Positions 20,636-28,509 of a stretch of 64,000 nt of DNA are shown here, piece after piece. The stretch spans positions 36,708 through 100,707 of the forward strand of contig JACQDL010000001.1 in NCBI GenBank assembly GCA_016201065.1, read 5' to 3'. The notes beneath the pieces are model-generated. The model was not told the DNA's origin. It saw nothing but the letters and a program-made list of their open reading frames with translations, and ran no database searches. This DNA comes from Actinomycetota bacterium (lineage in GTDB: Bacteria; Actinomycetota; Actinomycetes; Mycobacteriales; JACQDL01). The stretch's first letter is position 1. Each line of letters starts with the position of its first letter. The translations under genes were made by a program, and so were the position numbers.

Positions 20636-22276
20636 ATGGTGCTCGACCCTGACGCCCCGGTCCCGGACCGCGGCACGGCGAATGCGGGGAGATCCGGCTC
20701 GACCCGGTACCGTGAGCCGTCGGGTCCGCCCGGAAACCTCGCACCGGGGGTGGAAAACGTGGTGTTCAGCGGGTCCGGGACGCAGCCCGGGGTCGGCGTA
20801 CCGATGGCCATGATCTCCAGGCGGCTCACCCTCGGCACGGACGGGCTGACCCGGCAGCGCGCGGTCGGGCTCGCCGGCTCGCTGCTGCTGGCCACCGGCG
20901 GGCTGCTCGCCGGGGCCTACCCCCAGCACCCGAAGGACTTCTCGGTCTCCCAGGTCCTTGAGCTCACCCAGCTCGCGACGATCTGCGCCTACGGCGGCCT
21001 GGTGTTGCTGGTCGTCGCGTGGATGCACCTGGGCCGGCTGGTCCGCGGCACCAGCCCAGCGGCCGCCCGGCCGACCCGCCGCGAGCTGCTGCTCACCGCG
21101 GCCGGCTGGGCCGCCCCGCTGATGCTCGCACCGCCGCTGTTCAGCAGGGACGTGTACAGCTACGCGGCGCAGGGTGCGATGGTGCTGCACGGCCTGGACC
21201 CGTACGCCTACGGCCCGGAGGCGCTCGACAGCGGGCTGCGCGACGACGTCGACCGGCTGTGGACGGCGACACCCGCGCCCTACGGCCCGGTGTTCCTGAC
21301 CCTGGCCGCGCGCACGGTGTGGCTGACCGGCGAGCGGACCGCTCCGGCGGTGTTCGGCCTGCGGGTGCTGGCACTGATGGGTGTGCTGCTCATCGTGCAC
21401 TTCCTCCCCCGGCTCGCCAACCACCTCGGGGTCGACCCGAACGCGGCATTGTGGCTCGGCGTGCTCAACCCGCTGGTTCTGGTGCATCTGGTGGCCGGCG
21501 CGCACAACGACGCGTTGCTGATCGGGCTGATGGTCGCCGGGCTCACCCTCGTACTCGACGGCCTGCCCGCGCTCGGGGTGATCCTGTGCGCGCTCGCCCT
21601 GCTGGTGAAGGCGCCGGCCGGGCTGGCGTTGGCGTTCTGCGTGCCGCTGTGGGGTCAGCAGCTCACCGGTCGGCTCCGGCTGACCCGGGCTGCGCTTCTC
21701 ACCAGCGCCACGGCGGCCGGCACCATCGCCGTGACGAGCGCGGCCTGCGGCCTCGGCTACGGCTGGCTGGGCGCCCTGCAGACGCCGGGCCAGGTGCGCA
21801 ACTGGCTGTCGGTCACCACCACGATGGGCCAGCTCACCGGACTCGTGGGCGGCTGGTTCGGCGCTGGCGACCACCTCGACGGCGCGATCGCCGCCTGGCG
21901 CGGTGCCGGCGGCCTGGTCGCCGTCGCGGTGTGCGCGGTACTGCTGCTGCGGTCCAGACAGATCGGACCGGTCGCCGCGCTGGGCACCGCGCTCATCGCG
22001 GTGGTGGCGCTCGGCCCCGTCGTCCAGCCGTGGTACCTGCTGTGGGGCTTCGTGCTGCTGGCCGCGGCGAGCCGGGACGAGAACGTGCGCTCCCTCGTCG
22101 CCGGCGCCTCGGCGGCGATGGCCATGGTGCTGATGCCCCGCGGTGGCGCGCTGGCAGCCAGGGACATCGTCGAGGCGATCCTGGTGGGCGGCGTCGTCGC
22201 GGGCGTGGCGGTGCTGGTCGAGCGGAGCGTGGCCAAGCGGCCGCGGGCCACCGTCCCGACCGCCACCCGGGCGTGA
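20636..22276 (+). CDS. Polyprenol-phosphomannose-dependent alpha-1,6-mannosyltransferase (MptA/MptB type), copy 1
   Basis: LFSRDVYSYAAQG, TPAPYGPVFL, LNPL...H...GAHNDAL, VVQPWY; multi-TM; syntenic with Rv2174. Confidence 0.85.
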   Translation: MVLDPDAPVPDRGTANAGRSGSTRYREPSGPPGNLAPGVENVVFSGSGTQPGVGVPMAMISRRLTLGTDGLTRQRAVGLAGSLLLATGGLLAGAYPQHPKDFSVSQVLELTQLATICAYGGLVLLVVAWMHLGRLVRGTSPAAARPTRRELLLTAAGWAAPLMLAPPLFSRDVYSYAAQGAMVLHGLDPYAYGPEALDSGLRDDVDRLWTATPAPYGPVFLTLAARTVWLTGERTAPAVFGLRVLALMGVLLIVHFLPRLANHLGVDPNAALWLGVLNPLVLVHLVAGAHNDALLIGLMVAGLTLVLDGLPALGVILCALALLVKAPAGLALAFCVPLWGQQLTGRLRLTRAALLTSATAAGTIAVTSAACGLGYGWLGALQTPGQVRNWLSVTTTMGQLTGLVGGWFGAGDHLDGAIAAWRGAGGLVAVAVCAVLLLRSRQIGPVAALGTALIAVVALGPVVQPWYLLWGFVLLAAASRDENVRSLVAGASAAMAMVLMPRGGALAARDIVEAILVGGVVAGVAVLVERSVAKRPRATVPTATRA

Positions 22277-23838
22277 CCGCGACGCGGGCCGTCGTGGCAG
22301 CTCTCCGCCGAGAACCCTCACTGCGGGGGGTGCGGCTCACCGGCCTGACCGGCTCGCTGCTGCTGGTGTTCGGCTCGCTGGGGGCGGGCGCCCTCCCCGC
22401 GTACGACCCGGTGGCCCAGATCCCGCTGATCTCGGTGCTCCGCCGCGGAGCCGGACCGACGGTGGCCCTGGGGCTGACCTACCTCGGCGCGGCGACCCTC
22501 ACCCTGGCCTGGCTGTACCTCGGCCGGGTGGTGCGCTCCGGGCCTTCCGGCGCCGGTACCGCGGTCCGCGACCTGCTCCGCATCGGCTGGTGGTGGGGCG
22601 GCCCACTGCTGGTCGCCGTTCCGCTGTTCAGCCGTGACCTGTACAGCTACGCGGCCCAGGCGCAGATCACCCATGCCGGCCTCGACCCGTACTCGGTGGG
22701 CCCGCTCTCGCTGCCCGGGCCGTTCCTGGACGAGGTGGAGCAGCTCTGGGTGAACACGCCGGCGCCGTACGGGCCGCTGTGGCTGACCCTCGGACGGATG
22801 GTCGCGATCGTCACCCGGGACCACGTCGTGCTCACCGTCCTGTCCATGCGCCTGATCGCCGCCGGCGGCGTGCTGCTCACCGCACGGTTCCTGCCCAGGC
22901 TTGCCACCGCCTGCGGCGGCGACCCGCGGCTCGCGGTGTGGCTCAGCCTGCTCAACCCGCTGCTGCTGATCCACTTCATCGGTGGGGGGCACAACGACGC
23001 GCTGATGCTGGGCCTGGTGGTCGCCGGCCTCACGGTGGCCATGGAGGTCACACCCGGGTCCGACCGTGCGCGGCGTCGGCTGGCTCTGGCCGTGGTGCTG
23101 TGCACCCTGGCAGTGCTGATCAAGGTGCCGGCCGCGCTCGCGGTCGGGTTCCTGGTACCGATCTGGGCGGCCCGGATCAGGGCCGAGCGCCCATGGCTCG
23201 CCGCGACGGTCCGGGTCACCGGACTCGCCGTGCTGACCTTCGTGCTGGCCACCCTCGCCACCGGGCTCGGGATCGGCTGGATGCGGCAGCTCAACGGCGC
23301 GGGTGAGGTGGTGAACTTCCTGTCGATCCCGACCGGCCTGGCGATGGCGTTCAACGCGCTGCGTGGCGTGACCCGACTGGTCGATCCGGGCAACGCGACG
23401 ATCGCCGCGTTCCGGCTCGGGGGGCAGGCCATCACGGCGGTCATCGGGATCGTCCTGTGGACGCGGTCCTACCGGCTGCACCCGGTCCGGGCGCTCGGCG
23501 TGGCCCTGCTGGTGCTCGTCATGCTCGGCCCGGTCGTCCAGCCGTGGTACCTGATGTGGCCGCTGACCCTGCTCGCCGTGGCGCCGCTGGGGCAGCGCGC
23601 CGTGCTCGGGCTCGCCTGGATGTGCGCCTGGTTGGTGCTGCTCGTCTCGCCGCAGGGCGCGGCGCTGCTGCTCAACTGGACGCCGGTGATCGTCGCCGGG
23701 CTGGCCGCGGCGGTGGCGACCGGAACTCTGCTGAACTCACCCCCGCCGCCAGCCACGGAGCTCGATCTGCCGGAGCCGGCCGCCGCCGTACCCGCCGCCA
23801 GCGAGCCAGCGGCGGCACCGCACCCCCGGGTGGGTTGA
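22273..23838 (+). CDS. MptA/MptB-type mannosyltransferase, copy 2
   Basis: GTGA overlap with copy 1; LFSRDLYSYAAQA, TPAPYGPLWL, GGGHNDALM, VVQPWY. Confidence 0.85.
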   Translation: MTATRAVVAALRREPSLRGVRLTGLTGSLLLVFGSLGAGALPAYDPVAQIPLISVLRRGAGPTVALGLTYLGAATLTLAWLYLGRVVRSGPSGAGTAVRDLLRIGWWWGGPLLVAVPLFSRDLYSYAAQAQITHAGLDPYSVGPLSLPGPFLDEVEQLWVNTPAPYGPLWLTLGRMVAIVTRDHVVLTVLSMRLIAAGGVLLTARFLPRLATACGGDPRLAVWLSLLNPLLLIHFIGGGHNDALMLGLVVAGLTVAMEVTPGSDRARRRLALAVVLCTLAVLIKVPAALAVGFLVPIWAARIRAERPWLAATVRVTGLAVLTFVLATLATGLGIGWMRQLNGAGEVVNFLSIPTGLAMAFNALRGVTRLVDPGNATIAAFRLGGQAITAVIGIVLWTRSYRLHPVRALGVALLVLVMLGPVVQPWYLMWPLTLLAVAPLGQRAVLGLAWMCAWLVLLVSPQGAALLLNWTPVIVAGLAAAVATGTLLNSPPPPATELDLPEPAAAVPAASEPAAAPHPRVG

Positions 23839-23844
23839 CCGACG
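23830..23844 (+). repeat. 15-bp direct repeat, left copy (GTGGGTTGACCGACG); includes the stop codon of mannosyltransferase copy 2
   Basis: Identical to 37105-37119; bases differ immediately on both sides. Confidence 0.85.
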
Positions 23845-23889
23845 ATGTCTTGGCCTGGCTGGACCGCATCGTGCGGCAGGACCCGAACA
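23835..23889 (+). pseudogene. 5' fragment of RelE/ParE-superfamily (HigB/Gp49-like) toxin interrupted by the IS605 element
   Basis: LTDDVLAWLDRIVRQDPN joins in frame with 36538+ (SHRRVVYAIEALAEAGPNLGRPLVD). Confidence 0.85.
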
Positions 23890-23924
23890 TTGACTTCTTC
23901 CCGGCCGTGAACGGCCGGGATTCC
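23890..23924 (-). mobile_element. IS605 right end: GR guide GAAT, hairpin CCCGGCCG-TTCA-CGGCCGGG, cleavage tetramer TCAA
   Basis: Minus strand GGAATCCCGGCCGTTCACGGCCGGGAAGAAGTCAA; same GAAT/TCAA pair as IS608. Confidence 0.9.
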
Positions 23925-23935
23925 TCCAGTGCCGC

Positions 23936-24652
23936 TCATGCGGCACCTCGGCGGGTTCCTGCTTCGCGGGCAACCGCCGGGACGGGTCCCGGTCTCACGT
24001 CGCCTCCGCAGGCGTTGCTGTCCGCCAGCCCGGCGGCCAGTCTGCGACCCTCGACCAGGATGTTCCTGGCCGCGTTCACGTCGCGGTCGTGCTCGGTGCC
24101 GCACACGCGACAGGTCCACGCCCTGACGTCGAGGGGTTTCGGCCCGTCCCGGCGCCCGCATGCCGAGCACTGTCGGCGACGACGGGAACCAGCGGCCGAC
24201 CTTGGCGCGGTTCGCCGGGCCTCTCTCCTTGCGTGCCAGCTGGCGTTGGAGCCGGGCGAGCTTGCGGGACTTGCGGCGCAGGTGGCTCGGGTTCGCCACG
24301 ATCTCCCCGCCGGAGGTGGAAACCAACCGGTCCAGACCGAGGTCGATCCCAACGTCGTTCAGGCTGGCAGGTAGTGGTCGGTCAGCGACCTCAACAACGA
24401 ACGAGGGCGAGCCAGTTCCGGTAGGCGCGTCGGGCGTCCTGGCATGCCTGCACCAGCGCGACCGAGGCGACCTCGCCCAGCCACACCCGTTCTCCGGTGA
24501 GCTTGGCGAGGGTCACGACGCGGCGTTGCACCTGCGTGTCGGAGATCTTCCCCCCCGGCCGCGTGGGCGTCCTGGCGGGTACGGAGCGCGTCGTTGAACA
24601 CCACTCGAGCACACCCGAACGTGCGGGCCAGCATCTCCCGCTGGTCGGGTAC
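23936..24652 (-). pseudogene. tnpB: TnpB (IS200/IS605 RNA-guided nuclease) remnant with internal deletions and frameshifts
   Basis: Fragments QREMLARTFGCARVVFND; KISDTQVQRRVVTLAK...ALVQACQDARRAYRNW; SFVVEV...VGIDLGL (RuvC-I); NRAKV|GRWFPSS; CSACG...WTCRVCGTEHDRDVNAARNI (Zn ribbon, RuvC-III). RuvC-II region is missing. Confidence 0.92.
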
Positions 24653-24830
24653 CCGCCGACCGTGCGCCTCTCCCGGCTGGTGAACTCCCCCAACGGCGTC
24701 TCCGCCAGCAGTTCCGGTTGCGCACCCACCGCGAGCACCTATGGTTGCCGTCGTACTTCGCTGTGTCTTGCGGCGGCACCCCCTGTCGATCATCGGGGAG
24801 AACGTGGAGCAGCAGCGACGGCCCGCCTGA
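24650..24830 (+). pseudogene. tnpA: C-terminal fragment of TnpA (Y1 HUH transposase)
   Basis: YPPTVRLSRLVNSPNGVS, then frameshift to HLWLPSYFAVSCGGTPLSIIGENVEQQRRPA*. The usual catalytic Tyr position reads AAC (Asn) at 24801-24803; the HUH half is deleted. Confidence 0.85.
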
Positions 24831-24840
24831 ACAGCACCGG

Positions 24841-24853
24841 CTACCCCGGCCCT
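24841..24853 (-). mobile_element. Inner half of the IS605 left-end hairpin (...CCCCGGCCCT)
   Basis: Completes the hairpin CCCGGCC-CTGAAC-GGCCGGG when joined to 36503+ through the shared CCCT. Confidence 0.75.
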
Positions 24854-24901
24854 AAACCGCAGCGTCCCTGGTCACCCACGCTGTTGTGGCGCTCGTTTCG
24901 C

Positions 24902-24948
24902 CCCGTAGCGGTGGGCGTGGACGGTCCCGCCACGCCCACCGCTACGGG
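24902..24948. terminator. 19-bp perfect inverted repeat, probable terminator downstream of the small HTH gene
   Basis: CCCGTAGCGGTGGGCGTGG (24902-24920), 9-nt loop, CCACGCCCACCGCTACGGG (24930-24948). Confidence 0.7.
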
Positions 24949-25022
24949 TTCACCCGCGACCCGAAGCCCTGCGGCGTCCGGGGCCCGGGGAGCCGCCGCC
25001 CACCCGGTGGGCTGGTCGGTCA

Positions 25023-25436
25023 CTACCGGTCCTGACCGGCGTCGCGACCAAGGCCAGGCCACGCCGCGACGTAGCTCGCATCCATCCCGGCCGGTGCCGA
25101 CCGAGATGGCTCACCGTCCGATGCGTCGCAGTGGGGGTGGGTGCACCACGCCACCCCCAGCAGTCCCGGTGGTATGCCCAACCCGTTGGCGATTCGTGCC
25201 AACACCGCCCGTGAGATCACCCGGCGACCGTTGACGATCGCGGACACCTCCGGTTGTTCGTGTCCGGTCAGCTCACCGATCGCACGCTGGCTGTATCCGT
25301 ACGCACCGAGCAGCCGATACACCGCCCCGACGTCCTGGGCGGTCAACGCCGACCGCATTACCGGCTCGCACCACACCCCGGGTGGTGGCTGGCCCGACGG
25401 CGCGAGTCGACGGGGTGCTCTGCCGGCGGGTGACAT
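25023..25436 (-). CDS. Stand-alone XRE-type HTH protein, paralogous to the N-terminus of the divergent regulator
   Basis: VWCEPVMRSALTAQDVGAVYRLL...SQRAIGELTG.EQPEVS.IVNGRRV...VLARIANGLGIP aligns by eye with residues ~14-90 of 25957-27321. Confidence 0.8.
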   Translation of the reverse strand: MSPAGRAPRRLAPSGQPPPGVWCEPVMRSALTAQDVGAVYRLLGAYGYSQRAIGELTGHEQPEVSAIVNGRRVISRAVLARIANGLGIPPGLLGVAWCTHPHCDASDGEPSRSAPAGMDASYVAAWPGLGRDAGQDR

Positions 25437-25444
25437 CCCTCGGA

Positions 25445-25672
25445 TCACGACACCACGCGCCCCTGGCCGTGCCCCGAGGCGGTGCGCAGCACCAACCGAA
25501 CTTCCCGCTGGGTCATCCGCAATCCACGGGCGATCCGCTCCGCTGGGCAGCCCTCCGCAGCCAGCCATGTGATCTGAGCGACGGCCTCCGGCGCGACGAC
25601 GATATTAGGAGATGTTCGAGATTTGGCCTGGCAGGGGTCGTGGGCCTGGGAACTTGCTGAACCGTGACGCAT
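25445..25672 (-). CDS. Small hypothetical protein (75 aa), possible HTH
   Basis: GGAGG SD before ATG 25672; AEGCPAERIARGLRMTQREVRLVL resembles a helix-turn-helix. Confidence 0.5.
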   Translation of the reverse strand: MRHGSASSQAHDPCQAKSRTSPNIVVAPEAVAQITWLAAEGCPAERIARGLRMTQREVRLVLRTASGHGQGRVVS

Positions 25673-25956
25673 ACCGTTTCCTCCCTGTGATCCGGTGGTC
25701 GGCGGCATCGCGGCGGACAGGGCGATACCCGAGGACCCGGCTCCGCCGCTCGGATCACCCGGTGGCGGGTGGAACTCCGGTGATCAGATTTCGCTGACAC
25801 ACCGCAGTGGGTAAGCCTCACTGCTAGTGCGCTTGAACGGTTGGTCGCGACGCCTAGTCGCGCTAGTCGCCTTGGCCTGTCGGGGATTCCGGACATGAGG
25901 GTGCGGCAGCTAGCCTGCTGGGACAGAATCGACCACCGGACGGCAGGCGGGATCAG

Positions 25957-27321
25957 ATGAACGTTGATCAGCACTCGACCGGCCAGGTCGCGCCGACGGT
26001 CTGGGAGCACCGTGAGATGCGGATGGCGTTGGCGTTCCGCGACCTGAAGGCCGTCTACGAACGCCTCCAGCGGGTGGGGGTGTCCCAGCGCCACATCGCT
26101 CGCCTGACCGGCCAGAGCCCGTCCGAGGTCTATGAGATCCTCAAGGGCCGCCGCGTCATGGCCCACGACGTGTTGGTGCGGGTCGCCGACGGATTGGGCA
26201 TCCCGCGCGGATACATGGGCCTCGCCTACGACGAATCAACGGAAATAGCCCTCGACCTGGCGACGGCGACGTGCTCTGGGAACGCCGACGAGCGGGACGA
26301 AGTCAGGCGGCTCCTCCGGCATGCCGCGAACGTCGCGATGGGTACTTCCGTTGAGGACGTCGCCCACTGGTGGCAACCCATCGACCGGCAGGTCGCGCCC
26401 GCGCCCACCGGCATCGGAATGCGCGACGTGGAGCACGTCGAGACGCTCACCGCCGCGATGCGTGCCCTGGACTACCGGTACGGCGGAGGAGCCTGCCGTG
26501 ACGCGGTAGCCGCCCACGTGCGGTGGACACAGCAACTCCTCACCGCATCCTGCGCCGACCGGACCCGTACCCGCCTGCATCGAGCGTTGGCAGACCTGCA
26601 CAATCTCGCGGGCTGGACCTCATTCGATGTCGGCATGTACTCCATTGCGCGAAAACATTTCGCACGCGCCCTCGAACAGGCCAAACACGCCGGAGATCTG
26701 TCGCTGGCCGCGAACGTGCTGTACCGCACGGGACGGCTCCACCTCCACCGTGGCATGCCCCGTGAGGCGCTGCGCTTCTTCCAGCTGGGGCAGATCACCG
26801 TCCAGGACAGTGGTTGCGGGCTGACGGTGGCGATGCTGTGCGCCAACGAAGGATGGGCCTACGCGTTGCTCGGCGACCGACCGCAGGTCCGGCGCTCGCT
26901 CGGGCGCGCCCGGGACGAGTTCACCCGCGCCGACCGCACCTCAGCTCCGGCCTGGGTGCGTTTCTTCGGCGATGCGGACCTGCACGCCTCCATTGGAGTG
27001 ACCTACTCCTCACAAACCAACGCGACCGCCAGTGAACTGACGCAGGCGATCGACCACATCAATCAGGCCATTGGGCTGCGGGGACCGGACATGACGCGCA
27101 GCCTGGTTTTCGAGCGGACCGCCCTCGCGGTGGCGCACCTGCGGGCCGGAAACCGGGACGTGGGGCTGGCGGTGGGACGCGAGGCGACCGCCTCCGGTGT
27201 TCGTTCGCTGCGCACCCTGGATCGGCTCGAACCGTTGCAGAGCATCGCCGCCACGCGCCACGGCGATACCGCCCTCGAGGATCTGGGGCACCAGATCGCG
27301 AGCTTGCGAGCGGCGTCGTGA
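25957..27321 (+). CDS. XRE-family transcriptional regulator with C-terminal TPR-like domain
   Basis: N-terminal HTH (VSQRHIARLTGQSPSEV), D..YGGG, LADLHNLAGW..FDVG, AWVRFF..ADL. Confidence 0.88.
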   Translation: MNVDQHSTGQVAPTVWEHREMRMALAFRDLKAVYERLQRVGVSQRHIARLTGQSPSEVYEILKGRRVMAHDVLVRVADGLGIPRGYMGLAYDESTEIALDLATATCSGNADERDEVRRLLRHAANVAMGTSVEDVAHWWQPIDRQVAPAPTGIGMRDVEHVETLTAAMRALDYRYGGGACRDAVAAHVRWTQQLLTASCADRTRTRLHRALADLHNLAGWTSFDVGMYSIARKHFARALEQAKHAGDLSLAANVLYRTGRLHLHRGMPREALRFFQLGQITVQDSGCGLTVAMLCANEGWAYALLGDRPQVRRSLGRARDEFTRADRTSAPAWVRFFGDADLHASIGVTYSSQTNATASELTQAIDHINQAIGLRGPDMTRSLVFERTALAVAHLRAGNRDVGLAVGREATASGVRSLRTLDRLEPLQSIAATRHGDTALEDLGHQIASLRAAS

Positions 27322-28238
27322 CCGGCGGCGCAGGCACCGCCGGTCACGCGACTTCCACCACGGTCCCCGACACGCTTCGGATCGCGCTCCACGACGTCTG
27401 CGCAACAGCGGGTCTCGACCCGACCGGAGCACAGTTGATCAAGTTCACCAACAACGCCGTGTTCGAACTGGCTGGAGCACCAGTGGTGATCCGTATCGCC
27501 GGGTCGCAGACGGCGCGCGACCGGGTCCCCACAGTGATCACAGTGGCACGCTGGCTCGCCGCGCACGACATGCCCAGCGTGCGGCTCGACCCTCGCGTGG
27601 ACCAACCGGTCCGGTCCGGAGGCCACCTGGCAACCCTGTGGCGACAGGTACCGAACATCGGCCCCGCCCCCACCGGCACCGACCTTGGGCGGATCCTTCG
27701 CCGCTACCACGCGCTGCCCCCGCCCGAGCAGCCGCTGCCCACCTGGCGTCCACTGCGGCCAATACGGCAGCGTCTCACCGAAACCGACATGCTCAGCGAC
27801 AGCGACCGCGAGTTCCTGGACGCGACGTGCGACGAGCTTGAAGACGCACTGAGCCGTCTGGATTGCCAACTCCCACCCGGACCGATCCACGGCGACCCTT
27901 TCCTCGGCAACCTGATACCCGGACCCGGCGGGCCGGTGATCTGCGATTTCGATTCTGCGGCCAACGGCCCACGGGAGTGGGATCTCACTCCCGTGGCCGT
28001 TGGTGGACTTCGGTTCCGCTACGTGGGCGAGGCGCCCACCCAACTCGCCCACGCCTACGGAACGGACCTGACCAGGTGGCCCGGCTTCACGGTGTTGCGA
28101 AAGCTTCGTGAATTGCAGCTCGTCACCAGTGTCGTGCCGGTCCTGCGACGCAACCCGGCGCTTACCGAACAGTGGCGCCATCGATTTACGACATTCCGCG
28201 ACCAGGATCACGCCGCGGTCTGGACCCCCTACCGGTAG
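27318..28238 (+). CDS. Aminoglycoside-phosphotransferase-like (APH/choline kinase fold) protein
   Basis: GTGA overlap; TNNAVF.L, IHGDPFLGN (Brenner motif), CDFD...GPREWDL. Confidence 0.88.
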   Translation: MTGGAGTAGHATSTTVPDTLRIALHDVCATAGLDPTGAQLIKFTNNAVFELAGAPVVIRIAGSQTARDRVPTVITVARWLAAHDMPSVRLDPRVDQPVRSGGHLATLWRQVPNIGPAPTGTDLGRILRRYHALPPPEQPLPTWRPLRPIRQRLTETDMLSDSDREFLDATCDELEDALSRLDCQLPPGPIHGDPFLGNLIPGPGGPVICDFDSAANGPREWDLTPVAVGGLRFRYVGEAPTQLAHAYGTDLTRWPGFTVLRKLRELQLVTSVVPVLRRNPALTEQWRHRFTTFRDQDHAAVWTPYR

Positions 28239-28320
28239 CCGGCGCTGACCCGCTGATCCAGACCATCGGCACCAACCCTCGGGCCGGCGCGGTCCGGGAA
28301 CCTCGAGATGGAGGACACCC

Positions 28321-28479
28321 ATGTCCAGCAGCACATTGCCGCAGCACCCGACCGTATGCACGGACGGGTTCGACCTGGACGTCACCGTGTTGGAGGTGGC
28401 TGATCCGGCCGGCCTGGTCAATGTGACCGACGACGGTTGCACCAGTACATGCGGAGCCTGTGTCACCAACATGGCCTGA
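28321..28479 (+). CDS. lanA: FxLD-family class I lanthipeptide precursor, 52 aa (not in the ORF track)
   Basis: GGAGG at 28310-28314; MSSSTLPQHPTVCTDGFDLDVTVLEVADPAGLVNVTDDGCTSTCGACVTNMA*; FDLD leader motif, Thr/Ser/Cys-rich core, directly upstream of lanB. Confidence 0.93.
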   Translation: MSSSTLPQHPTVCTDGFDLDVTVLEVADPAGLVNVTDDGCTSTCGACVTNMA

Positions 28480-28509
28480 TCGATCACCCGCCCACCGGTC
28501 GACGCGGTC

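Noticed and set aside
23936-24652. TnpB as an active nuclease or a domesticated TldR-like repressor
   Set aside because: Frameshifts and two large internal deletions; no continuous ORF.
27318-28238. Calling the phosphotransferase an aminoglycoside resistance gene
   Set aside because: Only fold-level motifs are visible; the substrate cannot be inferred from sequence.
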